From contig JBDHHQ010000011.1 in the NCBI GenBank assembly GCA_039589315.1, forward strand, positions 1-64,000: a stretch of 64,000 bases of DNA. The letters run 5' to 3'. Below are positions 9,347 to 18,520 of this stretch, piece after piece; within the stretch, counting starts at the first letter, position 1; each line of letters opens with the position of its first letter. Origin of the DNA: Gemmatimonadota bacterium. GTDB lineage: Bacteria > Gemmatimonadota > Gemmatimonadetes > Longimicrobiales > Gaopeijiaceae. The notes under the pieces were generated by a model, which had not been told where the DNA came from, did not search any database, and saw nothing but the letters and a program-made list of their open reading frames with translations. The translations under genes and the position numbers were made by a program.

Positions 9347-10399
9347 ATGCCCCGTCGCGACAGCTACCTGCCCGAGTTCTTCACCGACGAGCGGCTGCGC
9401 TGGTATCGGGAGCTGACGGAACGGTTCCCGCTGTGGTGTGGGCATTGGCCGGAGGAGCACAGGTCGGCACCGGAGTTCGCTTCCTGGCGTCCTGAGCGGC
9501 TGATCTGGGACACCCTGCGAGATTCTTCCGATGCATTCCAAGGCTTCTGGTTCGATCCAGAACCTGCTTCAGACCTGGTCCCGCACCCGGTGCTGCAGTT
9601 GGTCGATGTCGATGCGGCGCGGGAGATCTCAGAAGAAGACTGGGAGGGCGGCTATCCGACCCTGGTGATCTCAGAGACCGAGCCGAAGATCTACGGCGCT
9701 TGGTTCGCCGCCATCAACTACATCTCCTTCAACTGGACCGGGGCGACGCCAACGCGTCAGAGCAGAGCAGGGTCCAGAGACGAGCTGCAGCAAATGGCAG
9801 ATGCCGTCACGAAGGTGCTGACGGAACGCGGGCCCGAGGGATGGAGGCTGTGGCGGGAGGTCAGGGCCGTCTCGACGGCGGAGCCCGGCCAAGAGCGTGA
9901 GGCAGCCATCCAGCGAATGCACGAAGCCTGGATGCAGATCGGAAGGGCCGCAGGTCTGCTCCCCGACGTGTCGGGAGGTGTCAGGTGCGCCCTCCCCGAT
10001 GCGTTCCTGGCCGAGTTGCGCCGGGAGGCCAAGCAGATCGTTGAAGCAGTCCGGGCAGAAGAAGGACCCGAGAGCGATCAGACTGTGCTCATGGATCTAC
10101 TGGCGATGCCGTCACGGCTGGACGACTACCGAGCCAACGTTCAGCAGGAGCGGTTGCGGAAGAAGGGCCTGCTAGAAAGCCTTATCAGGCAGATCGAGAA
10201 TGCGCTAAATCAAGAGGGTGAGCGATCGCCCGAGACCTGGGCCTCGCTGTTGAACTGGCCGATGCTCGCACCCTCGGAGATGGGGTCCCTGAGTCCGTCC
10301 CGCAGGGTTGGAGCCCTCGCCCTCGACCTCACAGCGGGACGTCTTCCGATCACAGCCGGAACGCTCCGAAACCGCACAAGCCCCCACTTGAAGGCCTGA
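9347..10399 (+). CDS. Hypothetical protein (element-encoded)
   Basis: 350-aa ORF with protein-like composition, divergent from the helicase; no family recognised. Confidence 0.65.
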   Translation: MPRRDSYLPEFFTDERLRWYRELTERFPLWCGHWPEEHRSAPEFASWRPERLIWDTLRDSSDAFQGFWFDPEPASDLVPHPVLQLVDVDAAREISEEDWEGGYPTLVISETEPKIYGAWFAAINYISFNWTGATPTRQSRAGSRDELQQMADAVTKVLTERGPEGWRLWREVRAVSTAEPGQEREAAIQRMHEAWMQIGRAAGLLPDVSGGVRCALPDAFLAELRREAKQIVEAVRAEEGPESDQTVLMDLLAMPSRLDDYRANVQQERLRKKGLLESLIRQIENALNQEGERSPETWASLLNWPMLAPSEMGSLSPSRRVGALALDLTAGRLPITAGTLRNRTSPHLKA

Positions 10400-10543
10400 C
10401 GCTCCAGGGTGTTCTGAGCGTCACGACCCTACCCCCCGAGGTCGTGGAGAATCGGCCCTTCCAGCCGGTGTATCTTCCCCTTGAATACACCGGAGACGGA
10501 CAGCCCCGCTCTGGCAAATCAACATAAATCATGAGGTTACGTC

Positions 10544-10726
10544 ATGAAAACCAACACCGAGACGTGCGTTGTCTCCACCCGGTTGACGGCCACGGACCGA
10601 GCCCTCCTGGAGGCCCTCGCAGCCTCCACTGGGCAACGAGTCTCCGAGCTTCTCCGATCCCTCGTGAGGGCCGGGATCCGAGAACGGCTTCCGCAGCAGC
10701 TGGGAGGTCGAGATGCCAGCGCCTGA
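10544..10726 (+). CDS. Ribbon-helix-helix (CopG-like) small regulator
   Basis: VVSTRLT..DRALLEALA...GQRVSELLRSLV pattern; GAGG RBS; heads the replication module. Confidence 0.7.
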   Translation: MKTNTETCVVSTRLTATDRALLEALAASTGQRVSELLRSLVRAGIRERLPQQLGGRDASA

Positions 10727-10820
10727 CCCCGCCGACTCCTTCCCGTCCGGCTGTGAGGGCCATCGGGTGTTCACAGTTCTCCGGGCTGAGATCTGGTGTG
10801 CGCCTGGGGCTTGGAGATGA
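10713..10820 (+). CDS. Small 35-aa ORF translationally coupled to the helicase gene
   Basis: GGAGG RBS before ATG 10713; its TGA overlaps the next start as ATGA (10817-10820). Confidence 0.4.
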   Translation: MPAPDPADSFPSGCEGHRVFTVLRAEIWCAPGAWR

Positions 10821-12304
10821 GCTACTCCGACCCCTACAAGATGAGGACCGACCTCGGTAACGCCCGCCGTTTGGTCAGGCAGCATGGTCATCATATGCGA
10901 TTCGCTGCCGGGAAGTGGTTCGTGTGGGAAAACGGGCGGTGGTGCCTTGACGACACGAACCAGGTCGAGCGGTATGCCAAGGAGGCCATGCTGGCCATCT
11001 GGAAGGAGGTCGAGGCGGAGGAGGATGACGACAGGCGGACGGCGCTGGCCAGACACGCAGCTGGCTCGCAGTCCCGATTCCGCCTAGAGGCCGCAGTTCG
11101 CCTGGCCCGGTCCGAGTGCGAAGTGGCCATGCCTTTGACCGACTTCGACAAGGATCCATGGCTGCTCAACTGCCTGAACGGCACGCTGGATCTCCGAACC
11201 GGCGAGCTTCGGCCTCACGACCCAGCTGACCTGATAACCAAGCTGGCACCCGTCCACTACGACCCGAATGCCGACGCGCCGCTCTGGGGGTCGTTCCTGG
11301 AAGAGGTCATGCACGGCGACGAGGAGAGGGTTCGCTTCCTACAGCGTTGGGGCGGTTACTGCCTTACGGGCGACACAGGGGAGCAGAAGTTCGTCATCGG
11401 CCACGGCCCAGGAGCGAACGGGAAGAGCACGTTCGTCGAGGTCCTTGCCGCAGCCATGGGCGATTACGCCGCTCATACGCCCGTCGAGACCTTGATGAGG
11501 AGCCGAAACGGTTCATCGGCGTCCAACGACCTCGCCCGCCTCCGGGGCGCTCGTCTCGTGACGGCAAGCGAGACAGAGGCCGGACAGTATCTCGCTGAAG
11601 CGAAGGTCAAGCAGCTCACTGGAGGAGACAGGATTACTGCCCGTTTCCTCTACGGCGAGTTCTTCGAGTTCCTCCCGGAGTTCAAGCTCTTCATCTCAGC
11701 CAACCATCGGCCTCGGATCCAGGGCACGGACGAAGCGATCTGGCGGCGCATCGTGCTCGTGCCATTCTCGGTCACGATCCCGAAGGAGCAGCGGGACCCG
11801 AATCTGAAGAGCAAGCTCCTGGTAGAGCTTCCTGGCATCCTCCGGTTCTTCGTCGAGGGGTGCCTAGCGTGGCAGATGCAGGGCCTCTCCGAGCCCGTGG
11901 CTGTGGCCCAAGCGACCGAGGGCTACCGCGAGGACGAAGACGCCCTCGCAGGCTTCATCAGGGATTGCTGTGAGTTAGCCCCGGACGGGGCCGAGGAAGC
12001 GACCAGGCTCTTCGAGGTCTACCAGAGCTGGGCTGCCGCACGCCAAAAGGCTCCAGTCTCCCAGACTGAGTTCGGGAAGCGGCTCGCAGAGCGGGGCATC
12101 GATACGGATAGACGGGGAGGCGGCGGGCGAATCCGTCGCCTGGGCCTTCGCTTGAAGGGTTTGAACAGTTCTGAACGGTCAGCCGAGGAATCTCCCAAGG
12201 ATTCTTCGATAACGCCACTTCTTCCCGCCACCGTTCAAGACCCCTCAACCCTTCAAGCGAACATACCAACGCTCCTCTTCCGTTCCCGAATGGCGAAGGC
12301 ATGA
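10817..12304 (+). CDS. Phage/plasmid P4-family D5_N + SF3 helicase (no N-terminal primase domain)
   Basis: TDLGNARRL, LLNCLNGTLDLRTG, Walker A GPGANGKST, KQLTGGD and AIWRRI motifs. Confidence 0.92.
   Translation: MSYSDPYKMRTDLGNARRLVRQHGHHMRFAAGKWFVWENGRWCLDDTNQVERYAKEAMLAIWKEVEAEEDDDRRTALARHAAGSQSRFRLEAAVRLARSECEVAMPLTDFDKDPWLLNCLNGTLDLRTGELRPHDPADLITKLAPVHYDPNADAPLWGSFLEEVMHGDEERVRFLQRWGGYCLTGDTGEQKFVIGHGPGANGKSTFVEVLAAAMGDYAAHTPVETLMRSRNGSSASNDLARLRGARLVTASETEAGQYLAEAKVKQLTGGDRITARFLYGEFFEFLPEFKLFISANHRPRIQGTDEAIWRRIVLVPFSVTIPKEQRDPNLKSKLLVELPGILRFFVEGCLAWQMQGLSEPVAVAQATEGYREDEDALAGFIRDCCELAPDGAEEATRLFEVYQSWAAARQKAPVSQTEFGKRLAERGIDTDRRGGGGRIRRLGLRLKGLNSSERSAEESPKDSSITPLLPATVQDPSTLQANIPTLLFRSRMAKA
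12153..12255. promoter_or_regulatory. Putative iteron-type replication origin (3+3 inverted 8-mers)
   Basis: TGAAGGGT, TGAACAGT, TGAACGGT (12153-12179) face ACCGTTCA, ACCCCTCA, ACCCTTCA (12230-12255). Confidence 0.6.
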
Positions 12305-12687
12305 TGCGCCTCCACGACCGCATCCGCCGCATCCTCGACGGGATGCCACCCGGCAGCTCAGTAATCCTGCGGGTGGACGATCTGCAGGAGTGGCTGGCCG
12401 AAGAAACCGCAGACGACCGGCAGGAGGATGTGCTACAACCGCCTGACCTGACTGTGGCTCAGGTGGCGGCCCGATTCGATAGATCGGACCAGACCGTACG
12501 GGATTGGATCAAGCAGGGGCGCCTGCGGGCGTACAAGCTGAACGACCGGGAGTACCGGATCACGCCCGCCGCGCTGGTGGAGTTTGAGGAGCAGCAAAGG
12601 TCGGGACGGAAGGAGACGGTTGCGTCACGGCGACGTGCCGACCTGGGTGCGTGGCGACGGGTCCAGAGTAAGGAGCGTGTGCCATAG
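12301..12687 (+). CDS. Excisionase-like HTH (HTH_17/MerR-type) DNA-binding protein
   Basis: LTVAQVAARF....TVRDWIKQGRLRAYK...YRI; ATGA overlap with the helicase gene. Confidence 0.85.
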   Translation: MMRLHDRIRRILDGMPPGSSVILRVDDLQEWLAEETADDRQEDVLQPPDLTVAQVAARFDRSDQTVRDWIKQGRLRAYKLNDREYRITPAALVEFEEQQRSGRKETVASRRRADLGAWRRVQSKERVP

Positions 12688-12792
12688 TTTGTGACACAAC
12701 GGGCCGGATCCGGCCTTGGCCAGCCGAGACGCGTCCCGGCCAAATCCTAGGAATTCCGCGGCTGACCGGGGTCCACCGGGGTCCCGTTCGGT

Positions 12793-12836
12793 CTTTGCAA
12801 GCCGGAGGTCGGGGGTTCGAGCCCCCCTGGCTCCAC
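12793..12836 (+). other. att site: 3' half copy of tRNA-Ala(TGC)
   Basis: CTTTGCAAGCCGGAGGTCGGGGGTTCGAGCCCCCCTGGCTCCAC gives anticodon loop, T-arm and acceptor 3' strand; no D-arm or 5' acceptor strand upstream. Confidence 0.85.
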
Positions 12837-13177
12837 TGATGGAAGTACTTGACCTGAATGATCTTGGGTTTGGGGTCAGTCCGGAGAGGTCGGCCCCCGT
12901 CAACAGATCCGGTAACAGATCCGCTGGTGCGTTGCCACAACTGGGAAGCGGGGAGGGGCGCTGGCCATCAGAACTGGCTCCGCTGGGATGGACAGAAAGG
13001 GGTGGCGGTCGCATCGACGACCGGCGCCCTTCATCCATGTTACCAAGTCTCTAGGTGCCCATCCGTTGTTAGCGGCAGTCGCGATCCGGTCCAGACTCTT
13101 GGGGGAGCCGATCAAAAGCCTTGCCTTATCCCTCCTGGAAACAAATGTTTACAAGACGCATGTTTCGAGGAGGGACA

Positions 13178-13495
13178 ATGTGGTACTGGCAGTGGGTCGC
13201 AATTATCGCGGTGTGGTTCGTGATTGGTCCGCTCTTCGTCTTGATCTTCACGACGCTGGGCCTTGATTACTTCATCGGTCCACGTTCAACCGATCGGACT
13301 CGCGTAGCCAGGAGAACCCGTCCGCTCTGGATGGCGGATGGCACACAGCGGCCGAGACCGCCTCGATCCGTGCTAGCGTTCAGCGCCCGGGACGAGTTGG
13401 GCGGCCGACCCTCCGCCGAGCTGGAGGCCCTGTGGTGGATGGATCGCGCCACCTCTGTCGAAGAGCCGATCCGCAGAGCGATCGGCGGAAACTGA
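13178..13495 (+). CDS. Hypothetical membrane protein
   Basis: Strong GAGGAGGG RBS; N-terminal hydrophobic segment. Confidence 0.6.
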   Translation: MWYWQWVAIIAVWFVIGPLFVLIFTTLGLDYFIGPRSTDRTRVARRTRPLWMADGTQRPRPPRSVLAFSARDELGGRPSAELEALWWMDRATSVEEPIRRAIGGN

Positions 13496-13870
13496 GGCCC
13501 GGGCACAGCTACCTGCTGTGGCGTGAGCGCGACCTCACCCTGAGCGCGCTGTTGTTCCCGCGCATCCGTTTGAACGGTGAGGCCGAGCAGCTCATAACCG
13601 TTCTAGCGATCAAGGCTCATCGCTCCGGAGCGCAGCGCTAGAGCCTCCCAAGCCGTTCCCGTCCACCGCGTCAGCAATCGCTTGACCTCATGCAGGCCCC
13701 CACCTAAATGCGTCACTTCGATCTTGGCGTTGCGTGCGCAGCGCCGTCAGAAGGTCGCGGTGGCGAGCGTTGGATGGTAGAGAACGTCGATCGCGAACAG
13801 CCGAAAGCAGCCAGTTGAACGGTGCGGTTGAGCGATGCGGACCATCTGGGGTCGGGACGGGGGTTTGAGG

Positions 13871-14578
13871 ATGGGCAAGTCATGGTGGGGAGCAGTCGCG
13901 TTAGGTCTAGCGGTCATTCTCGTTGGCGGGTGCGAGACAATCGTCACGCACGAGGATCCAACGTCCGAGGATCCGAATCGGCCGACCAGGGTCTTCGGTT
14001 CGGGCGTCGTCGTGATAGAGAGCCGCGCCCTCGAGAGCTTCACAACGGCCGAAGCCCGAGGTGGTTCATATGAAGTCGTGCTGGAGCTGGCCCCGACACA
14101 CGCCGTCGAGATCACCGCGGACGACAACCTCGCCCCGCTCCTGCGCACGAACGTCCGCGAGGGCAGGCTCGTCATTGCTGTGGATCCGCAACTGCGACTC
14201 GTCCCGACCGAGCCGATCGTCCTCCGGGTATCCGTTACCGAAGTCTCCGAGCTGATCGCCAACGGGGGGGTGTTGCTGAACGCCGACGTGGGTGCCGTGC
14301 CCCAGTTAGCTATCGGCGCGAGCGGCGCGTCGGTGGTGGACGTCACCGGATCGGCGGAGCGGCAGGTCCTGTCCATCAGCGGGGCGAGCGTTTTCCGGGG
14401 ACTCGATCTCGAATCCAGCGAGAGCGTGGTCATCGCTTCGGGGGTGAGTCTCGCTGAGCTGTGGGCGCACGACCACCTCGAAGTCGATGGCAGTGGTCTG
14501 TCCACGATTCGCTACCGGGGGCAGCCCGTCGTGATCGCACGCTTGAGCGGAGGCTCCACCGTTAGCCCCATCCGGTGA
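13871..14578 (+). CDS. DUF2807 (head GIN domain) lipoprotein
   Basis: Lipobox LVGGC; EITADDNL and SGAS repeats; SG.S.I.Y.G.P C-terminus. Confidence 0.85.
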   Translation: MGKSWWGAVALGLAVILVGGCETIVTHEDPTSEDPNRPTRVFGSGVVVIESRALESFTTAEARGGSYEVVLELAPTHAVEITADDNLAPLLRTNVREGRLVIAVDPQLRLVPTEPIVLRVSVTEVSELIANGGVLLNADVGAVPQLAIGASGASVVDVTGSAERQVLSISGASVFRGLDLESSESVVIASGVSLAELWAHDHLEVDGSGLSTIRYRGQPVVIARLSGGSTVSPIR

Positions 14579-15667
14579 CGGTGCGGTCGTTACCGCCGCC
14601 AGCGCCAGCGACGAGGAGCGTGCTGAGCCGATTCCCGTCGATCGCCCGCAGCGTGATCTCCCAGCCAAGCCGTGACCGGCTTGAGGTACTCGATGCCAAG
14701 CACGCCGGGCTGCTCCAACGATGCGAAGCTGTTCCAGTGGTGGGGTACCGAGCTGGCCCTCGCCTTCCGGCCCAACGACGAGCACCCCGACTTCTTCCGC
14801 GTGGACATCTGGGCGCGAGTCGGGTGTGCGGCTGGCATCGGCCAGATCCTGAAGGGGCCGCTCAACTGTGGGAATCAGTGGATTCGGGTGCGCGGCGGCA
14901 TGGGTGTCAGCATCGAGCCATACCTCGGCTACCGTTGGGCGCGGGTGGCGCACCGCGGCGAGGCGGGCGAGCCGATCGACCTGGCGAGTAACACACCACT
15001 ATGATGCGAGATGCAGCTGCCATCTCCCTCTGCCGACGACTAGTTGCTGATCGAGAATGTCAGGTTGCCCAAGGGGTCGGTCATGACTGTGACCACGTCG
15101 CCGGGAGCGGCGGTGGAGTCGCGTTAGCAGGGATCCCATGCCCCCGCCGGCCCCCCGGTGCCACCATGGTGCCATGGACGACCGCTACGAACCCCTGTTC
15201 AGGTTCCCGCGCCACGCGGGCCGGATGACCAACGCCGAGCCTCGAGACATTCGCGGTGGACGTGTGAATCGCGGCCGGCCTAGGGCCACAGGAGCCGCTA
15301 CTGGCGCAGCGGGATCGAGCCGCCGACGCTGAAGCGGCCCGTGGGCTGTGTCGGGAAGAGGTGGAAACGAAGAAGCCCACTTGATCCCGACTTGACCGGC
15401 CCCGGCCACGTTCCAGGTGAACTCTGACTCGCCTGGGATGGACGTCAGACCGGGGCCCGTTCGCGTCGTCAGCGCCGTCACACTCATACTGACCACCGCC
15501 TGTCAGACATGACTCAGTGTCGTTGGTTCGGTCTTGCTCGGACCGCGACCGCAGCAGTGCCCTGTTAGAACGCGCGTGTGCACTTAGACACCAAGTTGGG
15601 CTTCATGCGCCTGGATGAGTTCGTTCAACTCCCGCTCGATCCGAGAGCCTCATTGGGCCGCTTCACC

Positions 15668-16207
15668 TCAACCGTGTGGATTCTCGGAGACGACCTTTTC
15701 GAGCTCCAGCAAGAACCCCCTTGGCAACACGCCAAGGCTGTTGATGAACCGGGAGATCTTCCAGCCGTCTCCTCCATTGTGAAAGACAATGACGTGGTCG
15801 TCCTTGGCAGTGAAGCGCTCACCATCCGCATCAACCACATCGATTGAATCGGTTCCCCACGTAACGGCCCATTCACCTAGTATCACCGTTCCATGAGTGA
15901 CGATCTCGACGCCAACCACGGTCTCCTCAGCGTATACCTCCTCCATGACCGACTGCCACGCTTCCCGGCCGACGATGTCGGGAAGAGTAGAGCGCGCAAG
16001 AACCATGTCTTGGGTGAACAGGCTCGCGACCGCCTCAGCATCTTCTGCCAATTCGGCTTTCTCAAAGTCACGCAACACCTGCGCGACGACCCCCTTCGCC
16101 TCCCCCGTCGGGTCAACGGGCACCCTACCGTCATCAACCCGTGCACAGCCAAGACCGGCCAACAGGAACATGATTGGAACAGCATTCGCATGTCTCACGG
16201 GGACCAC
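15668..16207 (-). CDS. NTF2-like/SnoaL (DUF4440) protein
   Basis: DAEAVASLFTQD, IVGREA and DGWKI motifs; start and end uncertain. Confidence 0.75.
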   Translation of the reverse strand: MVPVRHANAVPIMFLLAGLGCARVDDGRVPVDPTGEAKGVVAQVLRDFEKAELAEDAEAVASLFTQDMVLARSTLPDIVGREAWQSVMEEVYAEETVVGVEIVTHGTVILGEWAVTWGTDSIDVVDADGERFTAKDDHVIVFHNGGDGWKISRFINSLGVLPRGFLLELEKVVSENPHG

Positions 16208-16300
16208 CTTCGTCGTCGAGTGATAGCTCGCGCTCCAGCTATATGACGATACCCGCCAGGACCCGGCTGGTGAGGTGGCCCGGCTGGGGGCAGGCGTGAC

Positions 16301-18310
16301 TCACCTCTCTCCCGCCGCGATCTCCTCGAGTTCGATCTCGTGTCGCATCTCATCCACGTCGGCTTGCATACGGGCGATGAGCGCCTGGAACCGAGGGTCG
16401 TCGCGAGCGCTGTCCCATAAGGGATCGATCGCGATGAAGCGCGGGAAGCGGTAGCCCCACTCCTCGTAGCTCCGCTCCGCCCAGTGGATGGCCTCGTCCA
16501 GGTTCCCCAGCGCTGCGTGGATGGAGGCCATCTCCCAGGACGCGCTCCAGGACTGGCGCTCGAGTCTGGGCTCGGCGCGTTCAAGGGTCTCGGTCAACTG
16601 CCGCCTACCCCGCTCATCGTCGCCCGTGGCGAGCAGCGTGAATCCAAGCATCGTGCTGCTGGCGTGCCATTGGTGGGAGAAGCCCGATACGTCCAGCCTA
16701 GCCGCCTCCTCGGCCGCCGTCCTCGCACGTTCCATGTCACGAGCGAACAAGGCGATTCCCGCCACGATTTGGTGGGCAGCCAGCGAGTTCGGGTGCTGAC
16801 TGAGCACCTGCTCGGCCAGCTCGAGGCCGTGCGCGAACTCTCCCCGGTGGCTCGCGAGTGTGGACAGAATGTCCAGCGTCACGAGAGCATCGGGCTGCAG
16901 AGCGAGCGCCTCCCGAGCCCACGTCTCCGCCAAGTCATATTCTTCGAGGCTCCAATAAGCCCAAGCTACAGTTGCCCGGCGGCCAATGTCCGTCGGCTCG
17001 AGGCTGAAGGCCTTGCGGGACCAGCGGAGGTACTCGTCGAACTCTCCGCGCTGAAAACTGAGCAACCCGATGTTGTTCGCGGCAGGGGAGTGGTTGGGGT
17101 CCAGCTCGACGGTCCTCCGGTAGTACTCCAGCGCTCGATCGCTCTGCCCCTGGGCCGTGTACGCTAGGCCCATCGCTTTGTACCCGTCGGCCAGCTCCGG
17201 GTCGATCTCGATGGCCCGGCGGCTGGCCGCGATTGCTGAATCCGCCCAGCTGATTGGGAAGCCATAGCGTGAGGGCCGCTGTCCGAAGGCGTCCCCCAGC
17301 CCAGCCCAAGCACGGGCGTAGCCCGGGTCGAGCTCCAACGCTTGGCGGAACAACCGGATCGCCTCGTTGTTGTCCTCGGCCTGGTATCGCTGGTACGCCT
17401 CACGCCCCTTCAGGTAGAAGTCGTACGCGGTGAGGTTCGCCGTCGGAACGCTCGCGATTCGTGACTCTTCCTCCGGCGTCAGCGTGGCCCTGAGCGCATC
17501 GGCGATCGCCTGCGCGATCTCCGTCTGGACGGTGAAGACGTTCTCGGCTGTGAGCTCCCGGTCATAGGTTTCTGCCCAAAGGTGCGTGTTCGATTCGGCG
17601 TGGATCAGCTGGGCGTTGATGCGAACGCGGTTGCCCGACCGCTGGACCCCTCCCTCCACTACCGTAGCCACGCCGAGCTCCGCGGCGATCGCCGGGATGG
17701 GCCTGTCGGTATCCGCGTATTGGAGCACCGACGTGCGGGCGATCACGTCCAGCGCGCCGATCTTGGACAGCTGGGTGAGGACGTCGTCGTGGATGCCCTG
17801 GGTGAAGTAGGTATTCTCCTCGTCGGCGCTGATGTTGGCGAAGGGGAGGACCGCGATGGAGTTACCGACGCCGTCGGCCGAGTCTGCCGCGCTCGGGACC
17901 GGGCCCGGACCCAGGAGCACCCACCCGACCGCGACCAAACCCCACAGCGCCAGCGCCAGGACCCCGCCGGTGAGGGCGTTGCGCCACGTGAGGATCGAGT
18001 GCGCACCTGTGTCGTCGCGCGGAGCCTCGGCGGGGGCCGCCACGCCGTAGATCTCCGGGTCCGACGCGACCGCTCGCTCTTGAGACCCCGCCCCGATGCC
18101 CTCCTGCACGAAGGCCGTCGCCATGACGACCGGGAAGCCGATCAGGAGCAGCGCGACGGCGAAGGGGGGGAGCCAGACGGGAAGGCCCGTCGCCTCGGTC
18201 AGGCCCTGGATGGCCTCGATCACCGCCCACGATCCGACCACGTAGATCCCCATCACCTGCCAGAGGGAACGGCGGTGGATCTCGTGGATGATCCGCTTCA
18301 GGCGGTTCAC
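16301..18310 (-). CDS. Membrane-anchored TolB-N-like/TPR repeat protein
   Basis: IHEIHRRSLWQV leader, SIAVLPFAN, VRINAQLI, AYDFYLKG, TPRs and DPLWDSARDDPRF tail. Confidence 0.88.
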   Translation of the reverse strand: MNRLKRIIHEIHRRSLWQVMGIYVVGSWAVIEAIQGLTEATGLPVWLPPFAVALLLIGFPVVMATAFVQEGIGAGSQERAVASDPEIYGVAAPAEAPRDDTGAHSILTWRNALTGGVLALALWGLVAVGWVLLGPGPVPSAADSADGVGNSIAVLPFANISADEENTYFTQGIHDDVLTQLSKIGALDVIARTSVLQYADTDRPIPAIAAELGVATVVEGGVQRSGNRVRINAQLIHAESNTHLWAETYDRELTAENVFTVQTEIAQAIADALRATLTPEEESRIASVPTANLTAYDFYLKGREAYQRYQAEDNNEAIRLFRQALELDPGYARAWAGLGDAFGQRPSRYGFPISWADSAIAASRRAIEIDPELADGYKAMGLAYTAQGQSDRALEYYRRTVELDPNHSPAANNIGLLSFQRGEFDEYLRWSRKAFSLEPTDIGRRATVAWAYWSLEEYDLAETWAREALALQPDALVTLDILSTLASHRGEFAHGLELAEQVLSQHPNSLAAHQIVAGIALFARDMERARTAAEEAARLDVSGFSHQWHASSTMLGFTLLATGDDERGRRQLTETLERAEPRLERQSWSASWEMASIHAALGNLDEAIHWAERSYEEWGYRFPRFIAIDPLWDSARDDPRFQALIARMQADVDEMRHEIELEEIAAGER

Positions 18311-18520
18311 GACTCTGCCCTTACTGAGAAGGAGGCGGGCTTCCCGAGTCCAAGATGCTCCCCAGGCGATTCCCGGAGCAAGCATGAGTCATCCGGGGCC
18401 CAATCGCTCTCCCGTCCTCGCGTCCACGAGGACCGGGGCGACATCACCTCGCGCCGGTGCAACAACCCGAGGAAGGGATAGGCAAGAGAACGGAGTTCGC
18501 CCGAAACACCAGCAGACGGG

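Larger units (their letters stand above)
5633..12836. mobile_element. Phage-satellite-like (P4/PICI-type) integrative element remnant, integrase not in window
   Basis: RHH - D5/SF3 helicase - iterons - Xis-like HTH - tRNA att, with defence-type cargo; left boundary uncertain. Confidence 0.7.

Noticed and set aside
12760..12840. Intact tRNA-Ala gene
   Set aside because: Only anticodon loop, T-arm and 3' acceptor strand are present; upstream cannot form a D-arm or 5' acceptor strand.
14575..15500. Short ORFs in the debris region
   Set aside because: No recognisable family and no convincing starts; probably gene fragments.
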